Below are positions 9,870-18,786 of a stretch of DNA of 64,000 nt, piece by piece (position 1 is the first letter of the stretch; every line of letters begins with the position of its first letter). Location of the stretch: the NCBI GenBank assembly GCA_023247705.1, contig JAHFFY010000004.1, positions 2,561-66,560 of the forward strand. Direction: 5' to 3'. The notes beneath the pieces were generated by a model. The model was not told the DNA's origin, ran no database searches, and worked only from the letters and a program-made list of their open reading frames with translations. The position numbers and the translations under genes were made by a program. Origin of the DNA: Candidatus Omnitrophota bacterium. GTDB lineage: Bacteria; Omnitrophota; Gorgyraeia; Zapsychrales; JAHFFX01.

Positions 9870-10780
9870 CGCACACGACACTCGATCCGACTCCATCCGG
9901 GTCGTTGCGTTTACCTTCGTGGTTCAGACAGCCGATTCCCGACATGGAAAAGATATCCGCGATGAAGGATTCGTTCCGGTCAAAGGGGTTGCATACCGTT
10001 TGTGAAAGTTCTCATTGCCCGAACATGGGGCAATGTTGGGGGCGCGGTGTCGCGACGTTCATGATTTTGGGCGATGTGTGTACGCGGGCTTGTCGTTTTT
10101 GCGCGATTGCCGCCGGAAATCCGCTCAAAGTCGATCTGGATGAGCCCGAACATCTCGCCCAAACGATTCAGCGGATGAAATTAAGATATGTTGTGATCAC
10201 CTCCGTCGCGCGGGACGATCTCGGGGATGAAGGCGCCGGACATTTTGCCAAAACTATTATCGCGGTCAGGAAAGAAAACCCGGCGATCAAGATCGAAGTG
10301 CTGATCCCGGATTTTTCTGCCGAAGAAGGCCGTTTAAAAAAGGTCACGGATGTCGCCCCCGAGGTGATGAGTCACAACATTGAGACGGTGCGAAGGCTTT
10401 CCGATCAAGTCCGTCCGCAGGCCGAATATGAACGTTCTCTGTTGGTTTTAAAAACTATTAAACGGTTGAACCCGTCGATTTTTGTCAAATCCAGTTTTAT
10501 GGTTGGCTTGGGAGAATCCCGTGAAGAAATTTTATCCACGATGACGGATTTGCTGGAGGCTGGCTGTCAGATTTTAACGATCGGGCAATATTTGGCGCCG
10601 AGCCAAATGAAGCGGCATCTGAAAGTGGAACGGTTTGTTTCACCGGAAGAATTTGAAAATTATCGTCAATTAGGAAGGAAGATGGGATTTCGGCATGTGA
10701 TGAGCGGGCCGCTGGTGCGCAGTTCTTACATCGCGGAAGAAGGGTATCAAGAGTGTGTGAAGGATTTGGTATCAACTTAA
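9866..10780 (+). CDS. lipA: Lipoyl synthase
   Basis: CX4CX5C (CESSHCPNMGQC), CTRACRFC and RSSY motifs. Confidence 0.96.
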   Translation: MTHTTLDPTPSGSLRLPSWFRQPIPDMEKISAMKDSFRSKGLHTVCESSHCPNMGQCWGRGVATFMILGDVCTRACRFCAIAAGNPLKVDLDEPEHLAQTIQRMKLRYVVITSVARDDLGDEGAGHFAKTIIAVRKENPAIKIEVLIPDFSAEEGRLKKVTDVAPEVMSHNIETVRRLSDQVRPQAEYERSLLVLKTIKRLNPSIFVKSSFMVGLGESREEILSTMTDLLEAGCQILTIGQYLAPSQMKRHLKVERFVSPEEFENYRQLGRKMGFRHVMSGPLVRSSYIAEEGYQECVKDLVST

Positions 10781-10792
10781 ACCTTAATTAGA

Positions 10793-10898
10793 AGTTCGCC
10801 AGTTGCCAGTTAACGAGTTTTACGAGTTGGTTTTCCCTGTTGCTCAACTTGAGAACAGTCCCAAATAACTCGTAGAACTTGCCAACTCGAAAACTCGC
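10793..10898. repeat. Intergenic inverted repeat made of tandem 7-9-nt (cg/cc)agtt units facing aact(cg) units
   Basis: Left arm agttcgccagttgccagttaacgagttttacgagtt; right arm aactcgtagaacttgccaactcgaaaactcgc. Confidence 0.75.
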
Positions 10899-10912
10899 TA
10901 GCTATTTAAATT

Positions 10913-11899
10913 ATGAAAATAAATGACCGTTTAAAAGAAATTTTATCCCTTGCGCTACGTTTTGGTTTAAGCGGGCTTCTGTTGGCGTATCTCTTCAGCA
11001 AAATTGATACTCACTCCATGATGGCGACGTTGAAGACGGCTGATTTTAAGTACATCTATCTTGCCGCCGGGATGTTTCTGCTGATTCATGTGGTTCTGTT
11101 GCTGCGATGGCTTTTATTTATCCGGGCGCTGTCTTTGGAAATTCCGGTCAAAACGCTGGTCGAGTATTTTTTTATCGGTTTGTTTTTTAATCTTTTTCTG
11201 CCGAGCTCAACCGGAGGAGATTTGGTTAAAGTTTTGGGACTTTGCCGATACACGGACCAAAAAGCGAAAGTGGTCGCCTCGGTTGTTTTGGACCGGGTGT
11301 GCGGATTTGTCGCGATTGTTATCGTTGCCTTTTGTTCCTATGGATTCGGTTATGGTTTATTGCATGATCATACGATCTTGATCGGAATTTTCGTCCTGGC
11401 CTTGATGTGTGTGATTTTATTGACGATTTTTTTTAATGAAAAATTTTTTTCGTTTGGATCACATTTGTTTGCGCGGTTTCCGAAAATCAAAGACAGCTTG
11501 ATGAGCCTGCATTATAATATCTCTTTGGTCAAAGGGCGTATTCCGTTTGTCTTTCTGGCGTTTTTATTGTCCTGTCTTTCGCAGTCTTTGCTGATCATTG
11601 ATTTCTTTTTTGTCAGCATGGCGTTGCACCAGAGCATTTCGTTGATTTATTTTTTCATCTTTGTCCCGATCATCTGCGTTGTTTCTTCGTTGCCTTCCAT
11701 CGGGGGGTTGGGTGTCAGAGACGCGGGAGCTGCCCATTTGTTTGCTAAAATCGGTGTGGCCGAAGGGGTCTCGGTCAGTTTGACACTGGTCAATTTTATT
11801 TTTATGGTTATCATCGGCCTTATCGGCGGAATTGTTTATGTCGCTCACTTATCTCCTCGACGGGTACAACATCATCAAGCTTGTTCCACTTCTGGCTGA
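10913..11899 (+). CDS. Lysylphosphatidylglycerol-synthase TM / flippase-like membrane protein (YbhN/AglD2-like)
   Basis: Multiple TM helices; RW, FFNLFLPSSTGGD, DR and PSIGGLGVRD motifs. Confidence 0.85.
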   Translation: MKINDRLKEILSLALRFGLSGLLLAYLFSKIDTHSMMATLKTADFKYIYLAAGMFLLIHVVLLLRWLLFIRALSLEIPVKTLVEYFFIGLFFNLFLPSSTGGDLVKVLGLCRYTDQKAKVVASVVLDRVCGFVAIVIVAFCSYGFGYGLLHDHTILIGIFVLALMCVILLTIFFNEKFFSFGSHLFARFPKIKDSLMSLHYNISLVKGRIPFVFLAFLLSCLSQSLLIIDFFFVSMALHQSISLIYFFIFVPIICVVSSLPSIGGLGVRDAGAAHLFAKIGVAEGVSVSLTLVNFIFMVIIGLIGGIVYVAHLSPRRVQHHQACSTSG

Positions 11900-12356
11900 G
11901 AAGCCGTGGGACGAATCTAGGGCGTTTTTTATCCGCTGGATAGAGGCCGCTTTGCCGCAAGGGAGCCGGAACAATCAGGTGATTGTGGTCTTTGACGGTC
12001 AGCCGGGGAGCTGGGGGGATTGTTCGACATCGGTTGTCCAAGTTGTGTTTTCACTGGATGAAAGCGCCGATGATCGGATCAAAGCAATGGTCAACCGCTC
12101 GAAGTCGAAAAAAACGATCGTGGTCGTGACCAATGATCGTGATATTATTTATGCGGTCCGTGCCGCCGGGGCCTCCAGCATGAGCGTGGAAGATTTCATG
12201 CGCAAAGGCCGACAACACCCCTTGGGCGCAAAAACGTTGCCTAAAAAAATGGCGCAGCAGAAACAGGATCAATCAAAGTACATCTCAAAATCATTGGAAT
12301 TTAAAATCACCTCAGAGTTCGAACGCATTTGGTTAAAATCCAAGGACTCGAAGTAA
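11838..12356 (+). CDS. NYN/PIN-fold protein (YacP-like)
   Basis: YLLDGYNII, VVFDG, ESADDRI and VVTNDRDI motifs; probable ATG at 11838. Confidence 0.88.
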   Translation: MSLTYLLDGYNIIKLVPLLAEKPWDESRAFFIRWIEAALPQGSRNNQVIVVFDGQPGSWGDCSTSVVQVVFSLDESADDRIKAMVNRSKSKKTIVVVTNDRDIIYAVRAAGASSMSVEDFMRKGRQHPLGAKTLPKKMAQQKQDQSKYISKSLEFKITSEFERIWLKSKDSK

Positions 12357-12371
12357 ACAGGAAATCTTTTT

Positions 12372-13154
12372 ATGATGAATATTCTCCGCTCAATCGGTCG
12401 TTACGTGATCGGAATTTTTTTGGGGTTGGGAAATGCCATTTTTTTTCTCCTGGAAATTTTAGGAAATATTGTTAAGGGGAAAATCCGTGTGCAGGAGGTT
12501 TTAAAACAGATTTTTGAGCAAGGAGTTCAATCTCTGGTCATCGTGGCACTGACTTCCTTTGCATCGGGAGCGGTGTTGGCGATGCAGGGTCATGTGATGC
12601 TGGAACGGTTCGGCGCCAAAGAATACGTCGCGCATCTGGTGGCGCTTTCATTAGTGCGTGAGTTGTCGCCGGTTTTCACTTCTTTTATTTTTTCCGGCAA
12701 GGCGGGGGCCAAGATTGCGGCGGAATTAGGCTCGATGAGCGTCAATAATCAAATCGTTGCGACACGCACGCTGGGGGTCGACCCGGTGGAGTTTCTGGTT
12801 GTGCCGCGTTTCGTCGCTTGTTTTCTGGTCCTGCCGCTTTTGGTCGTATTTTCGGAACTGCTGGGGATCATGGGAGGATATTGCGTGAGTGTCTTCGAGG
12901 CCGGCATCCCGGGATCGTTTTATGTGACACAGACGTTACGCGTCATTAATTATGTGGATTTTTTCAGCGGTTTGATCAAGACGTTTTTTTTCGCGTTTTT
13001 AATCGGCTGGATTTGCTGTTATCAGGGGTTCTTCACCCAGGGCGGATCGTTGGGGGTTGGAAAATACACGACCAAAGCCGTCGCGTATTCTTATATTTTT
13101 GTAGTTTTATCGAATGTTTTTTTAACCAAGGTCATCCTGGCCTTGTGGCAATAA
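12372..13154 (+). CDS. mlaE: MlaE family ABC permease
   Basis: LVRELSPV, AAELGSM, LVVPR and GVGKYTTKAV motifs. Confidence 0.93.
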   Translation: MMNILRSIGRYVIGIFLGLGNAIFFLLEILGNIVKGKIRVQEVLKQIFEQGVQSLVIVALTSFASGAVLAMQGHVMLERFGAKEYVAHLVALSLVRELSPVFTSFIFSGKAGAKIAAELGSMSVNNQIVATRTLGVDPVEFLVVPRFVACFLVLPLLVVFSELLGIMGGYCVSVFEAGIPGSFYVTQTLRVINYVDFFSGLIKTFFFAFLIGWICCYQGFFTQGGSLGVGKYTTKAVAYSYIFVVLSNVFLTKVILALWQ

Positions 13155-13219
13155 ACAGGCGGGGTTGATCGGATAAAATTGTTTAAAATAGTTAGATAAA
13201 TTTTTGAGGAGGAAATCCC

Positions 13220-13564
13220 ATGAACATTTTTTACAAAAAATTTATGACCATCGTGATCGGGTGCAGTTTTTCTCTTTTGACAGGTTGCGTAAGCCATACT
13301 TCCAATGGCGGACAACTGACCATGTATCGCACGCCCAGCATGGAAGCGGCTTGGATCCGCAACGGAGATCCGATCCTGTTTGATGGAACACTATGGTACC
13401 CCACGGACAATGTCGAAAATATCCAGGATGCGGAAGTTTATCTCATGGGCGAGTATCAGGAGGTTCAATTTTTTATTGAAAAAACAGATGTTAAACCTTA
13501 TGATCGGTTATACACCAAGTTTGGAGAGAATCAATTCCGGTCTTTTGCGCATCGAGAGGAATAA
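13220..13564 (+). CDS. Hypothetical lipoprotein within the mla operon
   Basis: Signal peptide with LLTG-C lipobox; GAGGAGG RBS; stop overlaps the mlaF start. Confidence 0.8.
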   Translation: MNIFYKKFMTIVIGCSFSLLTGCVSHTSNGGQLTMYRTPSMEAAWIRNGDPILFDGTLWYPTDNVENIQDAEVYLMGEYQEVQFFIEKTDVKPYDRLYTKFGENQFRSFAHREE

Positions 13565-14280
13565 TGATAGAGATTATTCATCTTTTTAAAAAACTTGAAG
13601 ACCAGATGGTGCTTACTGACGTTAATCTGAAAATCGCCCTAGGAGAGATTTTGGTCGTTCTCGGAGGAAGCGGGGCCGGAAAAAGCGTTCTACTGCAGCA
13701 TCTGATCGGTTTAATGAAGCCCGATCGAGGTTCCATCATGATTGATTCCAAAGATATCACCCGTCTTAAGGAGCGGGAACTTTTGCAGATGAGAAAAAAC
13801 ATCGGCTTTCTCTTTCAGGAAGGCGCTTTATATGACTTCATGAATGTCTTCGAGAACATTGCTTTTCCTCTGCAGGAACATACAACCATGAATGAATCGG
13901 GGATCAGAGCTAAAGTCAAAGAAGCCTTGAAAATTGTCGGGCTGGAAGGGGCCGATGAGAAATTTCCCTCTGAACTCAGCGGCGGGATGAAAAAAAGAGC
14001 GGCTCTGGCCCGGGCCATTATTCTGGATTCGAAAATTCTTTTCTGCGACGAACCGACTTCCGGGTTAGACCCGATTTTAAGCAAGGATATCACCGACCTG
14101 ATTCAGAATATATCAAGACAGTTAAAGTGCACGACCATCATTACCTCGCATGATATGAAAAATGCGTTAAGGATTGCTGATCGCGTGGCGATCGTTTTTA
14201 AGGGGGCGATCCTGGCAACGGGAACACAAAAAGATATCCTCTCATCTCAAAATGCTTACGTCCGGGAGTTTTTGAATTAG
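13564..14280 (+). CDS. mlaF: MlaF family ABC ATP-binding protein
   Basis: GGSGAGKS, LFQEGALYD, LSGGMKKR and DEPTSGLDP motifs. Confidence 0.93.
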   Translation: MIEIIHLFKKLEDQMVLTDVNLKIALGEILVVLGGSGAGKSVLLQHLIGLMKPDRGSIMIDSKDITRLKERELLQMRKNIGFLFQEGALYDFMNVFENIAFPLQEHTTMNESGIRAKVKEALKIVGLEGADEKFPSELSGGMKKRAALARAIILDSKILFCDEPTSGLDPILSKDITDLIQNISRQLKCTTIITSHDMKNALRIADRVAIVFKGAILATGTQKDILSSQNAYVREFLN

Positions 14281-14446
14281 CGTGAATTGATTGAATTTTT
14301 TTGGGTCAATGAAGAAATGGAGACATTTTACGCTTTAACTTTGAAAAGAAACATGATATATTCTGCTTCGCCAAAGCGATCGGAATTTTCAGTATTGCTC
14401 CGAAGCAATAGCGGTGCGCAACCAAGCGGTAGGCGAGAGAGGTTTT

Positions 14447-15040
14447 ATGGATAAAAAAGATTTCTACAAGAAACTATCAGCGGGAATATTTTTTTTCCTT
14501 TTTATTATGTTGACGGTGATGATGATCTTGGTGATCGGGATTGAGAAGGGATTCACCCAGCCCAAATTTTATGTTGCGGTTCTTTTTAATCGCGTGGATG
14601 GTCTGGCGATCGGCGCGCCGATCCGGTTTTCCGGGGTCAGCGTGGGCACGGTGGGCAAGATCGATTTCCTGGAGGAAAAGATCAATGGCCGTGGCGTCAA
14701 AGTGACATTAAATATTTTCAAGCGTTATAAGAAACAGCTGGAAAAGAGTACGCGCATTTCGATAAGAACTGAGGGGCTGTTAGGTGGGAAGCTGGTGGAT
14801 ATTTCCAGCAGCGAAGTGGGACCTTATGTGGATTTGGACTGGCCGATCATCGGAGAGGATCCGATCGATGTGCAGGATCTGGTCGTTGTGTTTAAAGAGG
14901 CTGCAAATAGTTTTACCCAAACAACGAAGACCATGGATTCGATCAACCGGGAAGTCCGCACGATTTCCGAATCGTCTCAGCGTTTGATTAAACGGGTGGA
15001 ACAAAAATTAATTGAAGGAAACCTATTTAAAGTTTTCTAA
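14447..15040 (+). CDS. mlaD: MlaD/MCE family protein
   Basis: N-terminal TM, GLAIGAPIRFSGVSVGTV and TEGLLGGK motifs; probable ATG at 14447 after GAGAGG. Confidence 0.9.
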   Translation: MDKKDFYKKLSAGIFFFLFIMLTVMMILVIGIEKGFTQPKFYVAVLFNRVDGLAIGAPIRFSGVSVGTVGKIDFLEEKINGRGVKVTLNIFKRYKKQLEKSTRISIRTEGLLGGKLVDISSSEVGPYVDLDWPIIGEDPIDVQDLVVVFKEAANSFTQTTKTMDSINREVRTISESSQRLIKRVEQKLIEGNLFKVF

Positions 15041-15043
15041 GCC

Positions 15044-15415
15044 ATGTTTATATTAGGAAATTTTTTGATCGCATTATCTAATGTGATCAGTCTTATTTTA
15101 AATCTCTTATTCTGGATGATTTTCATCAGGGCCTTATTAAGTTGGGTGAATCCTGATCCGTATAATCCGATTGTTCATTTTTTATACCGGACCACCGAAC
15201 CGTTATTGGAGCCGATCCGCAGACATTTACCGGTGATGGGACTTGATTTTTCTCCGATGATTGTTATATTAGTGATTGTCTTTTTACAATCCTTTTTAGT
15301 GGTTAGCTTGAGAGACAAGGGGATGCGGTTAAGGTATTCTTCCTCTGTTGAATCCATGCCGATGTTCGACCGCCGGAGTTCCGACGGTTCAGATACGTTG
15401 TTTTACCGGAGATAA
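15044..15415 (+). CDS. yggT: YggT family membrane protein
   Basis: RALLSWVNPDPYNP, TEPLLEPIRR and LDFSPM motifs. Confidence 0.92.
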   Translation: MFILGNFLIALSNVISLILNLLFWMIFIRALLSWVNPDPYNPIVHFLYRTTEPLLEPIRRHLPVMGLDFSPMIVILVIVFLQSFLVVSLRDKGMRLRYSSSVESMPMFDRRSSDGSDTLFYRR

Positions 15416-15444
15416 TTTTTATTTTTTAAGAAGGAGATTTTGCA

Positions 15445-15738
15445 ATGTTGGATAAAATGAAACAGCTCATGGAAATGAAAAAACAAGCTGACCAGCTCAA
15501 ACGGCAATTGGATGCCGAGAGCGTAGAAGTCAATGAAACCCGCGGGATCAAGATTGTCATTAACGGATCACAATATTTTCAATCGGTCGAAATCGATCCG
15601 ACGTTATTGCAGCCTGAGAACAAAGCGCGATTCGAAAGCGATTTATTGCGCAGTTTAAACACGTCGATTAAGAAATCTCAAAATATTGCCGCGCAAAAAA
15701 TGAAATCGATGGTGGGTTTGAATATTCCGGGACTATAA
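15445..15738 (+). CDS. YbaB/EbfC family nucleoid-associated protein
   Basis: MKQLMEMKKQA..., IKIVING, VEIDP pattern and C-terminal GLNIPGL. Confidence 0.85.
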   Translation: MLDKMKQLMEMKKQADQLKRQLDAESVEVNETRGIKIVINGSQYFQSVEIDPTLLQPENKARFESDLLRSLNTSIKKSQNIAAQKMKSMVGLNIPGL

Positions 15739-15794
15739 GTGATCGGGTTTGCGGGTTAGCGCGTTGCGGGTTCTTAATCCGTCAACCCGATCAC
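15739..15794. repeat. Intergenic inverted repeat with tandem cgggtt units
   Basis: gtgatcgggtt (15739-49) and aacccgatcac (15784-94) form a perfect 11-bp IR; internal cgggtt/cgcgtt units at 7-8-nt spacing. Confidence 0.75.
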
Positions 15795-15842
15795 CAGATC
15801 TATTTAATGAACGTATAACCTGCAAAATGAGGAGGTCTTCAA

Positions 15843-16076
15843 ATGCCTTATGATAAGTCTTTAGATGTCGAATCTTTCAAAGAAGTCAAAGAATTTAATG
15901 AGTCCAGGATCACGGTCGGGGTTTTTTCTTATAACGGCGGCGAGAAAAAACTGCAAATCTCCCGTGAAAATAAAGATCAGAACGAAGAATGGCGATTCGC
16001 GAAATTAGGACGGATGAATAAAGCAGAGGTCAAAGAGGTCGTTCCCGCGATCATGCGTGCGGTCGATAAGATGTAA
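15843..16076 (+). CDS. Small protein, probable PC4/YdbC-like ssDNA-binding fold
   Basis: 77 aa; RITVGVFSYNGGEKKLQISRE...W...KLGR pattern; GAGGAGG RBS. Confidence 0.6.
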   Translation: MPYDKSLDVESFKEVKEFNESRITVGVFSYNGGEKKLQISRENKDQNEEWRFAKLGRMNKAEVKEVVPAIMRAVDKM

Positions 16077-16151
16077 GCAGTAGGCTCGGGTTGATTTTTC
16101 AAGATTAATTGTTTATTGGAGAAATATTTTTTAGATGATTAGGAGAGAAGT

Positions 16152-16628
16152 ATGGTAGAGGTTTATTTAACCAGGGCCGGTTTTGAAAAACTCAGAGATG
16201 AATTGGAGAAGCTGAAAACCGTTGAGCGCAGAAAGATCGCCAAGGCCATCGGCGAAGCCCGTTTGCTAGGTGATATCTCGGAAAACGCAGAGTACGACGC
16301 GGCCAAAGACGCCCAAGCGCATTGCGAGGCGCGCATTGCTGAATTAGAAGCAAAGTTGGCGCAGGTCCGTATTATTGAAAACGAAAATATCCCAGCGGAT
16401 AAAGTTTATATCGGCGCGATTGTTAGTTTGCTCGATATGGAAACCGACGAAGAGATCAAATATATGCTGGTCTCTCCGGAGGAATCGAATTATGAGGAGA
16501 ATAAAATTTCGATTTCTTCTCCGATCGGGAAAGGGTTATTGGGGCATAAAGCCGGAGAAACCATTGATATTAATGTTCCGGCCGGCATTCTAAAATATAA
16601 AATTCAGAAAGTCGAACGACCGAAATAA
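16152..16628 (+). CDS. greA: Transcription elongation factor GreA
   Basis: GDISENAEYDAAK and SPIGKGLLG motifs. Confidence 0.96.
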   Translation: MVEVYLTRAGFEKLRDELEKLKTVERRKIAKAIGEARLLGDISENAEYDAAKDAQAHCEARIAELEAKLAQVRIIENENIPADKVYIGAIVSLLDMETDEEIKYMLVSPEESNYEENKISISSPIGKGLLGHKAGETIDINVPAGILKYKIQKVERPK

Positions 16629-16664
16629 ATTTATTTTAGTTGAGAGGACGAAAAATTCATGGAC

Positions 16665-16703
16665 GGGCGCCTCTCTGTCACCCAAGGCGAAGGAGAGGCG
16701 CCC
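16665..16703. terminator. GC-rich hairpin between convergent genes (possible bidirectional terminator)
   Basis: gggcgcctctc / gagaggcgccc 11-bp stem; no clear U-tract. Confidence 0.55.
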
Positions 16704-16712
16704 ATCGTCATT

Positions 16713-18080
16713 TCACTCCCGCCTTCCCGGCCAACGATCCAACAATCCAATCGTATCAAATATCCAAAACACAAAACTTGGTATAACCGCAAATAGAATC
16801 CGGCTCAACGAAACCTTCAGCCACCAGGTGATCTCAAAATACGTGTTGATATAGTAATAGAATCCAACGATGAGAAGATAAAGCCCTAAGCAAATGGGAA
16901 CGATCCGGATCGATTTGTGAAAACAGCGGTTCATGCTTAACAGCATGCCGATGGCGAGCGTAATCCATAATCCGTTCCATTTCGTGCTTTTCAACTCGAC
17001 CAGGAAAAAGGCAAGGATCATTTGCAACCGCGCGGGATTCGATGGTTTTTGTGAAGAAACCAGACCGTTAATAAATGTTTGATTCGCCGGGGCGAAGTAG
17101 AGTTGAAATAAAAAAACGGGAAGAAGCCCGACCCCTAAGCCCGCCAGTAAAAAACCGATCAATGATTGTTTGTTGATTGATTGACCTTTGTTCCAGAGAA
17201 AAAATAAACTTGAAAAAACAATCAGGCCCACAGCGATCAACCCTTCGGGTTTGGTAAAACCCAAAAATCCCAGCGAAATGCCTGCTACCGCCGCAAATTG
17301 TTTTGAATCATCCCGGATCGCCATCACCAGGCACGCTAAAGCGCACAAAAGATAAAACGCCAGAACGATATCGCAATATTGACTGCTGGCGAGTTTGGTA
17401 AAGTACGGCAGGGTGAACAATAATAAAACAGCTGCGGTGGATAAGAGGACCGAGACAGATCTGCGCAAGACTGAGAATAAAAATCCTCCGGTGAGGAACG
17501 TAAATAAGAGTGAGTTCCATAGCGGAACAATCGGAGTCGGGTTTTTATATCCGATCCATCCCCAGACGTTCATCAACGGTAATAAAAGCGGATAATGCGG
17601 ACTCGACCGCCATAAAACTGGATCAAACATGGCGCGCCACTGGGTTTTTCCTAAAAAAAGAAATCTCGCCTTTAAATTCCAAACCGACCACGCGTCCCAT
17701 CCGCCCATCGGATAAAAGAACGCTTGATAAATGGTCGGGATCAAGGCGAATCCAATCATCAGAAGGGCCAGGTTGTTTTGAGGCGATTCGATCATCCCCT
17801 TCCGGGAGACTTCGGGCGAATTTTTTTTATTCATCGAGTTTCGAATCAAGATGAGACATATCAGAAGAACGAGATGCGCGAGATTGATCGCTGGTTTGCT
17901 GAGCTCGTTGAACACAGCGAAACAATAAAACAGCAGGTGACTGCTGATGCCGATCCCTAAACCCAAACCGAGAAACAAATGAACATAAAAATCAGGTCGT
18001 TTGTTTCGTGGGAACAAAACATCGATGATGAGGAATCCGATCGTCCAGGATATAAAAATTGGAAATAAATAAAGTATCAA
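16713..18080 (-). CDS. GT-C fold membrane glycosyltransferase (PMT_2/ArnT-like)
   Basis: Many TM helices; GWDAWSVWNLKA, HYPLLLP and TKPEG motifs. Confidence 0.75.
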   Translation of the reverse strand: MILYLFPIFISWTIGFLIIDVLFPRNKRPDFYVHLFLGLGLGIGISSHLLFYCFAVFNELSKPAINLAHLVLLICLILIRNSMNKKNSPEVSRKGMIESPQNNLALLMIGFALIPTIYQAFFYPMGGWDAWSVWNLKARFLFLGKTQWRAMFDPVLWRSSPHYPLLLPLMNVWGWIGYKNPTPIVPLWNSLLFTFLTGGFLFSVLRRSVSVLLSTAAVLLLFTLPYFTKLASSQYCDIVLAFYLLCALACLVMAIRDDSKQFAAVAGISLGFLGFTKPEGLIAVGLIVFSSLFFLWNKGQSINKQSLIGFLLAGLGVGLLPVFLFQLYFAPANQTFINGLVSSQKPSNPARLQMILAFFLVELKSTKWNGLWITLAIGMLLSMNRCFHKSIRIVPICLGLYLLIVGFYYYINTYFEITWWLKVSLSRILFAVIPSFVFWIFDTIGLLDRWPGRRE

Positions 18081-18097
18081 TAGACTTTTCTTTTGTC

Positions 18098-18577
18098 TTA
18101 AGGTTTGGTTCTTCTGGCCAAAATAATGCCAAAATTATTTCTTTTTAACGGAATGGCTTGGATCTCCCGGATTTTTTTCCAGGCCGTCTCTGCGTTGGAA
18201 CAATCGAACAGAATCAGATCATGGTCCAAGTTATTCCAATCTAAAATCGTCGGTGCTAAGATATATTGCGCTTGGGCAAACTGGGCGGCATGCTGTTCGT
18301 CATCCAGATCTTTGTCCGTGTAGTAGCCAATCGATGGAATATCTTTAAAGATACTTTCTAAACCGGAAAATTTATAACCCGGGAAAAAGAACGGGATTTG
18401 TTTTCTTTTTTGCTGAGTCTGCCGGATATCCTGAACGGATTTGATCGTGTTGATTAAAATGATGACAACCGCGATGAAAAGAAAAGCGTTACTGCGTAAT
18501 CGTGCGAGGTCCAGGTGCGATTGTCGTGGGACATCATTGGTTTTTTTCTTCCGCTTATGATGTGAGGGCGTGGTCAT
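18098..18577 (-). CDS. Hypothetical single-TM protein
   Basis: Basic N-terminus, one TM and AQYILAP; directly upstream of the GT-C gene on the same strand. Confidence 0.7.
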   Translation of the reverse strand: MTTPSHHKRKKKTNDVPRQSHLDLARLRSNAFLFIAVVIILINTIKSVQDIRQTQQKRKQIPFFFPGYKFSGLESIFKDIPSIGYYTDKDLDDEQHAAQFAQAQYILAPTILDWNNLDHDLILFDCSNAETAWKKIREIQAIPLKRNNFGIILARRTKP

Positions 18578-18786
18578 GGTCTCTTGAACAGCCTTGTCAA
18601 GGTACGATCATGGTTATTTTGAAGGACAATTCAGGATTTTGCCTGCTGGAAATTTATTCTACTATAACTCCTCACCAGATCAATGGAAAATACCTAAAAT
18701 AAAATCTTTCCCAATAATATTTTGTCGGTATAATAAACAAAGTCATTTGGTCTTTTGGATGTTTTGACTACCACAAGGAGGCTTGC

